64,000 nt of DNA from Planctomycetota bacterium (lineage in GTDB: Bacteria > Planctomycetota > UBA1135 > GCA-002748355): contig JALUUL010000079.1 in the NCBI GenBank assembly GCA_027021385.1, forward strand, positions 126,329 through 190,328. The letters run 5' to 3'. The position numbers and the translations under genes were made by a program. Positions within the stretch are counted from its first letter, which is position 1. The number at the start of each line of letters is the position of its first letter. The notes beneath the pieces are model-generated. The model worked only from the letters and a program-made list of their open reading frames with translations, was not told the origin of the DNA and did not search any database. This document shows positions 56,104-64,000 of the stretch, one piece after another.

Positions 56104-57039
56104 ATGAGTCTCCAGGACCTCCTCCAGGGCCGGATGCCCCGCATCTTCGACCGTCTCCGGGGAGGACGGGATCCGAGCCTTCGGCTGGGGAAGGGGATTC
56201 CGACGATCGGGGTCGCCTCGGGGAAGGGGGGGACCGGAAAGACCTTCTGCACCGTGAATCTCGGCGTTCTGCTCGCGGGGGAGCGGGAACGCGTCACGGT
56301 CCTCGACGCCGACCTCGGGCTCGGGAACGCCCATCTCCTGCTGGGCCTGCGCCCGACGAAGAACCTTCAGGACTTCCTCGAGGAACGGAGCGGGCTTCGG
56401 GAACTCCTGCAGGTCTCGAAATACGGGGTCGACGTCCTTCCCGGAGGTTCGGGGATCAGTCGCCTCTGCCAGCTCGAGGATGTGGAGATGCGCCGTCTTG
56501 CACGGAGTCTTTCCGGAGAGCTGCCCCGGGCCCGCACCCTGCTCGTGGATTCGGCCGCCGGCATCTCGCCCCAGACCTTGAAGTTTCTGATAGCCGCCGA
56601 TCTCGTCCTCCTGGTCGTCACCCCGGAGGTGACGTCCTTGACGGACGCCTACGCGATGATCAAGTGCCTGCACCTTCGCGGGATGGAATCGCGAATCGCC
56701 GTGCTCGTGAACCGGGCGGATGACGAGGGACAGGCCCTGGAAGCCATGCACAGGGTCCAGGAAGTCGCGAAACGTTTCCTGGACCTGCACGTCGAAGGTT
56801 GCGGTTGGGTTCCCGAGGATCCGGCGGTGCGAGGGGCCTTGGCCTCCAGGATCCCGATCGTCGTCAGGGCGCCCCATGCTCCGGCTTCCCGGGGATTGAG
56901 GCTTTGCGCGCAACGTCTCGAGGAGATGCTCATCGGACTCCCCGCGCGTAGGACCTTCCCTTCCCGGGTGCCGGGTCGTTCCGCATCCGCCTTCTCCGAG
57001 ACCGGAGGAAGGGGGGGGAGGAGACGGCGAACGCGCTGA
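56104..57039 (+). CDS. MinD/FlhG(FleN)-family ATPase
   Basis: ASGKGGTGKT, LDADLGLGN, PGGSG, DSAAGI, TPEVTSLTDAYAMIK; GGAGG RBS. Confidence 0.9.
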   Translation: MSLQDLLQGRMPRIFDRLRGGRDPSLRLGKGIPTIGVASGKGGTGKTFCTVNLGVLLAGERERVTVLDADLGLGNAHLLLGLRPTKNLQDFLEERSGLRELLQVSKYGVDVLPGGSGISRLCQLEDVEMRRLARSLSGELPRARTLLVDSAAGISPQTLKFLIAADLVLLVVTPEVTSLTDAYAMIKCLHLRGMESRIAVLVNRADDEGQALEAMHRVQEVAKRFLDLHVEGCGWVPEDPAVRGALASRIPIVVRAPHAPASRGLRLCAQRLEEMLIGLPARRTFPSRVPGRSASAFSETGGRGGRRRRTR

Positions 57040-57105
57040 GTCGACGTCGCTCCTGCCGTGAGGAGAGGCAGAGGGAAAGACTCCGCGGTTTCCGGAAGGA
57101 GGGGA

Positions 57106-57468
57106 ATGGCTCCGGGATCGAATCCAAGGACCCGCCGGACGGGACGGGTCGCCGTTGCGATCCTGTGCGCCTGCATGGTGGCCAGGGCCTTCGTATCGGG
57201 GGTCACACGGGACCTCGGGCCCCCGGTGGATCGCGAGGGGATCCTGATCCCCCTGCGGCTGGATCCTGCCCGCTGCTCCTGGAGGGATCTGACCGTGCTG
57301 CCGGGACTCGGAGAGGCGAGGGCGAGAGTCCTCTGGACCGCGTGGAGGAGGAGGGGCCCTCTGAGTCGCGGAGATCTCCGTTCCCTTCCGGGCTTCGGCG
57401 AGGAAACGGTCGAAGGCCTGCGTGATTTCCTGCGGGTCGCGGAGGAGGTTGATCTCCACGGTCGTTGA
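57106..57468 (+). CDS. ComEA-like helix-hairpin-helix protein
   Basis: TM segment then LTVLPGLGEARA and LRSLPGFGEETV HhH pairs; AGGAGG RBS. Confidence 0.75.
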   Translation: MAPGSNPRTRRTGRVAVAILCACMVARAFVSGVTRDLGPPVDREGILIPLRLDPARCSWRDLTVLPGLGEARARVLWTAWRRRGPLSRGDLRSLPGFGEETVEGLRDFLRVAEEVDLHGR

Positions 57469-57563
57469 GCAGGGACGACATTCCTTGGAAACCGGGACCT
57501 TTTCGCGGTTCGGGTCCTCCTTCGATACGGAATCCCGGGTCGTGGGGGATAGAATCCCGTCCC

Positions 57564-58466
57564 ATGCATCTTCCCCAAGACCTCGTCCGCAAGCACGTGG
57601 CCCTGGCCCTCGAGGAGGACCTCGGGGAACGAGGGGACCTGAGTTCGGAGGCGGTGATCCCCGAGGAACGCCGGGTTTCCGGGCGGATCCTCGCGCGCCG
57701 TCCGGGGATTCTCGCCGGCGTCGACCTCGCGCGCGCGACCTTCCGGCAGCTGGACCCCGAAATCCTGTTCCCCGAGGGGAAGCGGGACGGGGAGTTCTTC
57801 GAACCGGGGGAGATCCTCCTCTCGATCGAGGGGAAGGCCAGGACCCTGCTCGCGGGGGAGCGGACGGCGCTCAATTTCCTCCAGCACCTCTGCGGAGTCG
57901 CGACCTTGACCCGTTCCTTCGTCGAGGCCCTCCGGGGAAGCGGCGCGATCCTCCTCGACACGCGGAAGACGACCCCCGGGCTCCGCTTCCTGGAGAAATA
58001 CGCGGTCAAGGTCGGCGGGGGGGAGAATCACCGCTTCGGGCTCTTCGACCGGGTCCTCCTCAAGGAGAACCATTTCGCCCTCTCCGGGAACGGTCTCGAT
58101 GCCGAGGGGTTCCAGAGGACCGTGGCGGCTGCGGTCGACCATTCGGGACATGCGGGCCCGGTGGCCGTCGAAGTCCGGGACCTGGAGGAGGCCCGGGCCG
58201 CTCTGGAGGGCGGGGCTGACATCCTCCTCCTCGATAATTTCGATCTCGAGACCCTGCGGAGGACGGTCCCCATCCTCCGCGAGACCGCTCGGGCTCTCGA
58301 TCGGGAGGTCGAGATCGAGGCGAGCGGAGGGATCACGCTGGAGAACGCCGCCGCCGTCGCCGCCTCCGGGGTGGATCGGATCTCGGTCGGAGCCTTGACC
58401 CACTCCGCTCCGGCCGTCGACCTGAGTCTCCTGGTCGAGGGGCTGCCCTTCGACGGGGTTTCGTGA
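57564..58466 (+). CDS. nadC: Nicotinate-nucleotide pyrophosphorylase (carboxylating)
   Basis: ALEEDL, ERTALNFLQ, DTRKTTPGLR.LEKYAV..GGG.NHR, LLDNF, EASGGI, SVGALTHS. Confidence 0.96.
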   Translation: MHLPQDLVRKHVALALEEDLGERGDLSSEAVIPEERRVSGRILARRPGILAGVDLARATFRQLDPEILFPEGKRDGEFFEPGEILLSIEGKARTLLAGERTALNFLQHLCGVATLTRSFVEALRGSGAILLDTRKTTPGLRFLEKYAVKVGGGENHRFGLFDRVLLKENHFALSGNGLDAEGFQRTVAAAVDHSGHAGPVAVEVRDLEEARAALEGGADILLLDNFDLETLRRTVPILRETARALDREVEIEASGGITLENAAAVAASGVDRISVGALTHSAPAVDLSLLVEGLPFDGVS

Positions 58467-58930
58467 GCGGGACACCGGCCAGGTCGTTCGCGTCCCGCCT
58501 TTTCTATCTCTTCTTGGCCCTCCTCTGGGGAACGGGGATCCACTTCCTGACCGTGGCCCCCCCGAGGGTGGGTCCGTCCTCGTTCCTCTGGACCTACCTG
58601 CGGAACGGAGGCCACGCCTTCCTCTTTTCCGTTCTTGCCCTCCTCCTCGGGCTGGGATTCCCGGGAGGCGGAAAGCGAAGGTCGATCCTCTGGATCCTGG
58701 CCAGCGCCTTCGGCTTCTTCGAGGAATGGAGCCAGCTCTCGGTCCCGGGGCGGAGCGCCAGCCTTTTCGACGCGGCGACGGATGCTGCCGGCGCGGCCTT
58801 CGGGGCCGAAATCGCCGCCTGGGTGCTCGCCGGGAACCCCCTGCGGGAGTCGGGGATCCGGATCCGGCGTCTGATCCTCCTCGCCCTCCCCTGTCTCCTC
58901 TTCCCTCTCGCGGACACCTTCTTCGGCTGA
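58463..58930 (+). CDS. VanZ-like membrane protein
   Basis: RNGGHAFLF, EEWSQ..VPGRSAS..D. Confidence 0.8.
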   Translation: MSGTPARSFASRLFYLFLALLWGTGIHFLTVAPPRVGPSSFLWTYLRNGGHAFLFSVLALLLGLGFPGGGKRRSILWILASAFGFFEEWSQLSVPGRSASLFDAATDAAGAAFGAEIAAWVLAGNPLRESGIRIRRLILLALPCLLFPLADTFFG

Positions 58931-59062
58931 GCTTCCCTTCCCGACCGTCCCGCCGGGAGGACGGGGGTCCCCGGCGGAGGGCGTTCCCGGGGAGGATCCG
59001 GGGGGCTCCCGGCGGCACGCGGTCTGCGGACCCGTTCCCGGTCACCATCCAGGAGGTGAATC

Positions 59063-59377
59063 ATGCGGGTCGGGTTGACGGTGTTGCTTCTCGTTCTTTC
59101 CGCTTCCCCCTCGAGATCCCAGGTCCGAGTGACGGGGGGCGTCGTTCTCGGCCGGAATCCGGGGCTGAGGGTCCACGTGGATCTCGGCGGCCATCGAAGA
59201 CGCCTGAGGGTCTGCAAGGGGCACTACCTGCGGCGGAGGGTCCGCGTCCATCTGCCTCCGCGTTACGTCTGGCGCCGCCTGCGCCATGGCGGGTTCCGGA
59301 GAATCCGTCTCCGAGCCGGAGGCTATGTCTGGCGCTGGCGCCTCGCGCGCGTCGCCTGCGACGGCTCGTGCCGTTGA
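59063..59377 (+). CDS. Small secreted Arg-rich protein
   Basis: AGGAGG RBS, signal peptide, Arg/Val/Trp/Tyr-rich mature part with 3 Cys. Confidence 0.7.
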   Translation: MRVGLTVLLLVLSASPSRSQVRVTGGVVLGRNPGLRVHVDLGGHRRRLRVCKGHYLRRRVRVHLPPRYVWRRLRHGGFRRIRLRAGGYVWRWRLARVACDGSCR

Positions 59378-59430
59378 GCGTCCCCGACCCCCGGAATCCG
59401 GGAACCCTGAGCTTCTCGGGAGAGGGGGCT

Positions 59431-60888
59431 ATGATTCCCCGCATGAGCCAGGCACAAGTCGATCGGGATCGGGACTACCAGAACCCCCTTGTGACGCGCT
59501 ACGCGGGCCGTGAGATGCGCGAACTCTTCTCTCCGCGGCGCCGCGCCCTCGTCTGGCGCGAATGCTGGATCGCGCTGGCCCGCGCCCAGCGGGAACTCGG
59601 GCTCGAGATCTCCGCCTCCCAGATCGAGGCCCTCGAGGCCCGGAAGGAGGACCTCGATCTCGATCGGGTCGCCGAACTGGAGGCCGAACTCCGCCACGAC
59701 GTCATGGCCCACATCCATCATTACGGCGAGGTCGCTCCCGAGGCCCGGGGCATCCTCCACCTCGGGGCGACCTCCTGCTTCGTGACCGACAACGCCGATC
59801 TCTGGATCTTCCGCGAAGGTCTGCGCCTTCTCGCCAGGAGGATCCGGGGCCTTCTCGGAACGATGGCCCGCAGGGCGGAGGAGTGGCGGGATCTGCCCTG
59901 TCTGTCTTGGACCCATTACCAGCCGGCCCAGCCGACGACGATGGGACGGCGGGTCTGCACCTGGGCTCAGGATCTGAAACTGGATCTCGAGAGGATCGAG
60001 ACCCTGGCCCGGAATCTCCCGTTCCGGGGGGCAAAGGGCACGACCGGAACCCAGGCCTCCTACCTTTCCCTCTTCGACGGGGACCACCGGAAGGTCCGCC
60101 TTCTGGACCGCAAGGTCGCCGAGGCCCTGGGTTTCGGAGATGTCCTCCCGCTCACGACCCAGACCTATCCGAGGAAGCTGGACCACGATCTCCTCGCAGC
60201 CCTCTCCGGGCTGGCGCAGTCCTGCGCGCGGTTCGGGATCGACGTTCGCCTCCTCTCCCACGAGGGGGAGGTCGAAGAACCCTTCGAGAAGAAGCAGATC
60301 GGATCCTCGGCCATGGCCTACAAGCGGAACCCGATGCGATCGGAGCGGATCTGCTCGCTGGCCCGGCTCGTCCTCGCCCTGTCCTCGACCGCCGGCGAGA
60401 CCGCGGCCAACCAATGGCTCGAGCGCAGTCTCGATGATTCGGCGATCCGCAGGATCGCGATTCCCGAGGCCTTTCTTGCCCTCGACGCCTGCCTGCAGCT
60501 CGAGACGAACGTCCTGGCCGGCCTGCGCGTCTGGCCGAGGATGATGGAGCGTCATCTCCTCGAACACCTTCCCTTCATGATCACCGAGGAGGTTCTGATG
60601 GAAGGCGTCCGGAAGGGCGCGGATCGACAGGATCTCCACGAGAGGATCAGGCGACACGCGGTGGAGGCCGCCCGGAGAATGAAGGAAGAGGGGGCCAACA
60701 ATCCTCTCCTCGGGATGCTCGAAGAGGACCCGGCCTTCGGCTTCATCCGGGGAAGGCTGCGGGATCTATGCCGGCCCGAGCGGCTTGTCGGCCGTTCACG
60801 GGAGCAGGTGGACGAGTTTCTGGAAGAGGTGCTCGGGCCGATTCTCGCCGAGGACGGCGGGGCGGCGAGTGACGAGATCAGGGTCTAG
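59431..60888 (+). CDS. purB: Adenylosuccinate lyase
   Basis: RHDVMAH, HLGATS, THYQPAQ, GSSAMAYKRNP, WLERSLDDSA; start 59431 or 59443. Confidence 0.97.
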   Translation: MIPRMSQAQVDRDRDYQNPLVTRYAGREMRELFSPRRRALVWRECWIALARAQRELGLEISASQIEALEARKEDLDLDRVAELEAELRHDVMAHIHHYGEVAPEARGILHLGATSCFVTDNADLWIFREGLRLLARRIRGLLGTMARRAEEWRDLPCLSWTHYQPAQPTTMGRRVCTWAQDLKLDLERIETLARNLPFRGAKGTTGTQASYLSLFDGDHRKVRLLDRKVAEALGFGDVLPLTTQTYPRKLDHDLLAALSGLAQSCARFGIDVRLLSHEGEVEEPFEKKQIGSSAMAYKRNPMRSERICSLARLVLALSSTAGETAANQWLERSLDDSAIRRIAIPEAFLALDACLQLETNVLAGLRVWPRMMERHLLEHLPFMITEEVLMEGVRKGADRQDLHERIRRHAVEAARRMKEEGANNPLLGMLEEDPAFGFIRGRLRDLCRPERLVGRSREQVDEFLEEVLGPILAEDGGAASDEIRV

Positions 60889-61999
60889 AGGGGCCGCGGT
60901 CGGAGGTCTCCCCCCTCTTCCTCCGTTTCTTCGATTCCTCGATCCTCGTCAGGTAGGCGGAGGCCTCGCGGACCTTGGGCGCGTCGAAAGGAAGAGAGGT
61001 CAGACGGAGGAAGTCCTGGAAATCCCGCGAGGCTTCCTCGAGATGCCCGAGTTTGTAGTGACAGAGGGCGCGATTGTAGTACTCAGGGGCCCTCGTCGGG
61101 TCGAGGGCGATCAAGGCATCGAGGTGCTGGATGGCCTTCGCATATCGCCCCGAATGGTAGTAAAGGGCGTGGAGGATGCCGCGGCATTCGATCTCCTGCA
61201 TCTCGTATTCCCGCCTCCGCCTCCGCGCCTCGTTCTCGAGGTCGATTTGAAGGGGAGCGGGAAGTCCGGCCGCTCCTTCCTCTTCCTTGTTCCGGTAGTG
61301 CTTCTTGCGGGCCAGAACGAGATCGAGATAGGCGAGCCCCTTCGAAATGGCCTCGTCGAACTGGCGCTCACGCGCCTTGCCCTCCAGGTCCTGGATACGG
61401 TCCGCCGCGATCTTGAACAGGTACCGGCGAGCCTGGACGAGCCCGTCTCCGAGTTCGACCATGTGCTGGAAGGCCCGCTCCGCGGCGTCGAGGTAGCGCC
61501 GTGCCAGTCGGAGGTTCTCCTCGGCCTTGGCCCGGGCCTCTCTCCGTTCGGGGCTTCCCTTCGGACTGCGGCCGGCCTTGGCCTGGAACTCCCTCCATCT
61601 CCTCCGGTGGAGTTGATAGAGCCCCTGGTTGGCCTGTCCGAGTCCCAGGAAGGTCAAGTAGTCGTGTTCGCCGTCGCTGCGAAGTCCGCGGACCCTTTCG
61701 AACTGGCGAAGCGCGTCCCGGAATCGAGCCGGGTCGGAACGAGCCTGCCTGAGGAGGATCTGACCGCGAAGCTGGTTCAAGCGATAGTCGTAGGCGTCGA
61801 CCTTCAGCCCCTTCTCGATCTGCTGGGAGGCGCGGGGGTAATCCTTGGAGGCGAAGTACCGCTCGGCCCTCTCGGTGTAGCCGGCCAGACGCTCCGACTC
61901 CTCGTTCGAGAGGCCTCCGAAGGCGGTACAGGAGCCCGCGAGGAGCGACAGCGCGACCGCGAGGAATCGGCGCGGGGAAGGATGGTGGGCAGCTCTCAT
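60878..61999 (-). CDS. TPR-repeat lipoprotein
   Basis: LLAGSC lipobox, TPR motifs (YYNRALCHYKLG). Confidence 0.8.
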   Translation of the reverse strand: MRAAHHPSPRRFLAVALSLLAGSCTAFGGLSNEESERLAGYTERAERYFASKDYPRASQQIEKGLKVDAYDYRLNQLRGQILLRQARSDPARFRDALRQFERVRGLRSDGEHDYLTFLGLGQANQGLYQLHRRRWREFQAKAGRSPKGSPERREARAKAEENLRLARRYLDAAERAFQHMVELGDGLVQARRYLFKIAADRIQDLEGKARERQFDEAISKGLAYLDLVLARKKHYRNKEEEGAAGLPAPLQIDLENEARRRRREYEMQEIECRGILHALYYHSGRYAKAIQHLDALIALDPTRAPEYYNRALCHYKLGHLEEASRDFQDFLRLTSLPFDAPKVREASAYLTRIEESKKRRKRGETSDRGPSRP

Positions 62000-63216
62000 C
62001 GAGGTCCTCGTTCGAGGAAGGCGACCAGTTCGAGCCGGCCGCTGTGCGGAAACAGGTCCGCGGCCTGGAGGGCCCGGAGATCATAGCCCCTCGCGCGGAG
62101 GGGAGGGAGATCCCTGCAGAGGCTCGAAGGGTCGCAGGAGACGAGGACGAGCCGCCTGGGCGCTTTCGAGCGGAGAACCTCGATCCCCTCCTCCCCGAGG
62201 CCCTTCCGGGGCGGGTCACAGAGACAGAGGTCGAGACCTTCCGGAAGGTCCGAGACGGCGGGGGGACCGAACCCGCCTCCATGGAAACGGAAGACCCCGG
62301 CGAAACCGTTGCGCGCGGCGTTGTGCCGGGCGTCTCTGAGAGCCGTCCGGTTCCGTTCGAAGAGGTGGACCTCCCGGGCTCCCGCGGCGGCCATCCTGAG
62401 GCCGAAGACCCCGACCCCGCCGAAGACATCGGCCGTCCGCGCCCCGTCCAGTTCTCCGATGCGGTCCATGACCGGGTCGAGGAGGAGCCGGTCGGCGCGA
62501 AGGTGACTCTGGTAGAAGGAGCCCGCCGAGATCCGGAATCGGAGTTCGCGGTCGCGGAATACGACGCGGTCCGTCAAGTAGTCCCGCCCGGCCAGGGGGA
62601 CTTGCCGCCTCCCCAGGTGACGGTTCCCCGGTTCGTCGTGGAGGCTCCGAACGACCCCGACCGGATGGAAGCCCCGCGGCCGGGGGAGCTCGAGGAGATC
62701 CTTCGCGAGGGCCGGCCCCTCGGGCCAGCGCCCGCCGAGGGTCGCGAGGACGATGAGCCCCTCGCCGGTCGAGGGCATCCAGCGGATCTCGAGACTCCGG
62801 GCGAAGCCCCGGCCCGATCCCTCGTCGTAGGCCTGGACCCCCCGGTCGCGGAGCAGCCGGAGGATCGAGAGGGCGGCTTTCGTCAGGACTCCGTGCTGGA
62901 TCTCGCAGCGCCGGATCGGGACGAGTTCATGGCTGTTTCTCGCGAAGAGCCCGCCCTGAAGACGTCCCTCACGATCGGGGCGGAGCGGGTAGAGGAGGCG
63001 GTTGCGGAAATGACGGGGCGGACCGGGGAGAACGGGGTGGAGCCATCCGATCTCGGGGCAGGAGGCTCCGAGCACCCGGCGCAGCCGCTCCTGCAGGTCG
63101 CTCCGCAGCTCCTCGCAGCGGGATTCGTGATCCGCGAGAAAGTCGAGACAGCCCCCGCATCGGCCGAGGTGAGGGCATGGGCGGACGGCCTGTTTCCGGG
63201 CTTCCTTCCGCCTCAT
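61996..63216 (-). CDS. rlmD: 23S rRNA m5U methyltransferase (RlmD/TrmA family)
   Basis: CPHLGRCGGC Fe-S motif, SFYQ, DVFGGVG, DPPRKG, VSCDP..L.RD, DLFPHS..LE; start ATG 63216. Confidence 0.88.
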   Translation of the reverse strand: MRRKEARKQAVRPCPHLGRCGGCLDFLADHESRCEELRSDLQERLRRVLGASCPEIGWLHPVLPGPPRHFRNRLLYPLRPDREGRLQGGLFARNSHELVPIRRCEIQHGVLTKAALSILRLLRDRGVQAYDEGSGRGFARSLEIRWMPSTGEGLIVLATLGGRWPEGPALAKDLLELPRPRGFHPVGVVRSLHDEPGNRHLGRRQVPLAGRDYLTDRVVFRDRELRFRISAGSFYQSHLRADRLLLDPVMDRIGELDGARTADVFGGVGVFGLRMAAAGAREVHLFERNRTALRDARHNAARNGFAGVFRFHGGGFGPPAVSDLPEGLDLCLCDPPRKGLGEEGIEVLRSKAPRRLVLVSCDPSSLCRDLPPLRARGYDLRALQAADLFPHSGRLELVAFLERGPR

Positions 63217-64000
63217 GTCTTCTCCCCGTTCCGGGCGAGGAGGCGCCGCAGTCGGTCCTCCTCGAAACGAAGCTTCAAGGTCTTGTGGGTCCTGAGTTCG
63301 ACCTTCCCCGGGGGGGCCCCCTTGGGCTTGTGGACCTCCTTGATCTTCGTGTAGAGGATCTCGCAGGTCGTCGCTCCGCGGATCCTGCTGAAGTGGAGGG
63401 CCAGGGTCGCGGCGTCGAGGAGGCTCTCTTGCGGGAGCGAGCGGCCCTTCGGGATCCTGAGGACGACGTGACTCCCGGCATGGCCGCCTCCGACATGGAG
63501 CCAGAGGTCGTTCCCCTTCGCGAGGCGGAGGGTCAGGACGTCGTTGTCCGTGTTCGATTTCCCGACCAGGACCTCGAGTCCATCCCTCGTCCGGAAGCGG
63601 CGGCAGTGGCGGAGGACGCGGTCCTTCCGGGACGGCTCCCCGCCGCGCCCGGTTCCGCTCTTCTTTCCCGGAAGGGGGAGGGATCGGGCCAGGGAGCGGA
63701 GGGTCCCGAGGTCCCCGCGATCGAAGGCTTCGCGGACTTCGGCCAGGCGGGTCTCCACCTCCCTCGCCCGGGTCCTTGCCTCCTCGAGCCCTCGAAGGGT
63801 GTGGGCGGCCCCCTCCCGCAAACGGCGGGCGCGGTCGAAGCAACGCTCCGCGTTCTCGCGGAGGTCGAGCCTCGGATCGAGCGGGATCCTGCGGGGGAGG
63901 CCCTCTTCGTACCAGTCACGGACCTCGATCTCGGTCCGTCCCCGCTCCTGGAGCCTAGGACAGGTGAGAAGGAGGTCCCCCCGGCGTTTCCATTCCTCCC
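63213..64000 (-). CDS. rqcH: RqcH/NFACT (FbpA-like) ribosome quality control protein, 5'-truncated by the window edge
   Basis: The frame is open to the window end (..RGDLLL..IPLDPRLDLRENA..F..ARR) and continues into the NFACT-R domain (VGKSNTDND.LT, DLWLHV...GSHVV). Confidence 0.88.
   Translation of the reverse strand, partial: EEWKRRGDLLLTCPRLQERGRTEIEVRDWYEEGLPRRIPLDPRLDLRENAERCFDRARRLREGAAHTLRGLEEARTRAREVETRLAEVREAFDRGDLGTLRSLARSLPLPGKKSGTGRGGEPSRKDRVLRHCRRFRTRDGLEVLVGKSNTDNDVLTLRLAKGNDLWLHVGGGHAGSHVVLRIPKGRSLPQESLLDAATLALHFSRIRGATTCEILYTKIKEVHKPKGAPPGKVELRTHKTLKLRFEEDRLRRLLARNGEKT

Noticed and set aside
63213-63821. Apparently short 202-aa NFACT-R-only protein or pseudogene
   Set aside because: The frame stays open to the window end with RqcH-like sequence, so it is simply truncated by the edge.

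Overview
High-GC bacterial window. The host is probably a planctomycete-like diderm, inferred from gene content (DUF1800/DUF1501 pair, GldA/F/G-DUF4340 module, secreted hydrolase with a C-terminal add-on domain); this is not proven. The left part (1-24,542, continuing past the left edge) is a self-contained extracellular electron transfer (EET) or cytochrome-nanowire locus. It encodes eight multiheme c-type cytochromes (67 CxxCH plus 4 CX3/4CH motifs by my count), including a stand-alone OmcE-like tetraheme, an OmcE-domain-fused 12-heme protein and a hexaheme with a partial OmcE-like module. It also encodes an outer-membrane beta-barrel with a lipoprotein pentaheme, two NHL beta-propeller lipoproteins, a PpiC foldase, a Cys-less redoxin-TPR protein and a fused CcsBA heme lyase. 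Two inner-membrane quinol-oxidising modules are present: a b6-type Rieske/cytochrome b and a 15-heme NapC/NirT protein. A sensor kinase with the RegB-type GGxxNPF quinone motif is paired with a sigma54 activator, and four well-spaced -24/-12 sigma54 promoters head the transcription units. The locus ends just downstream of a tRNA-Val(GAC) that has an unusual C33. The right part (about 25-64 kb) is mostly housekeeping and envelope genes: ald, mog, amidase, RsbW/RsbU/receiver, cnoX-like, DUF1800/1501, clpP, rho, Gld-like ABC, MsbA-like, ispDF, ruvC, MinD/FlhG-like, nadC, purB, rlmD-like and rqcH. No CRISPR array, rRNA, integrase or transposase was seen.
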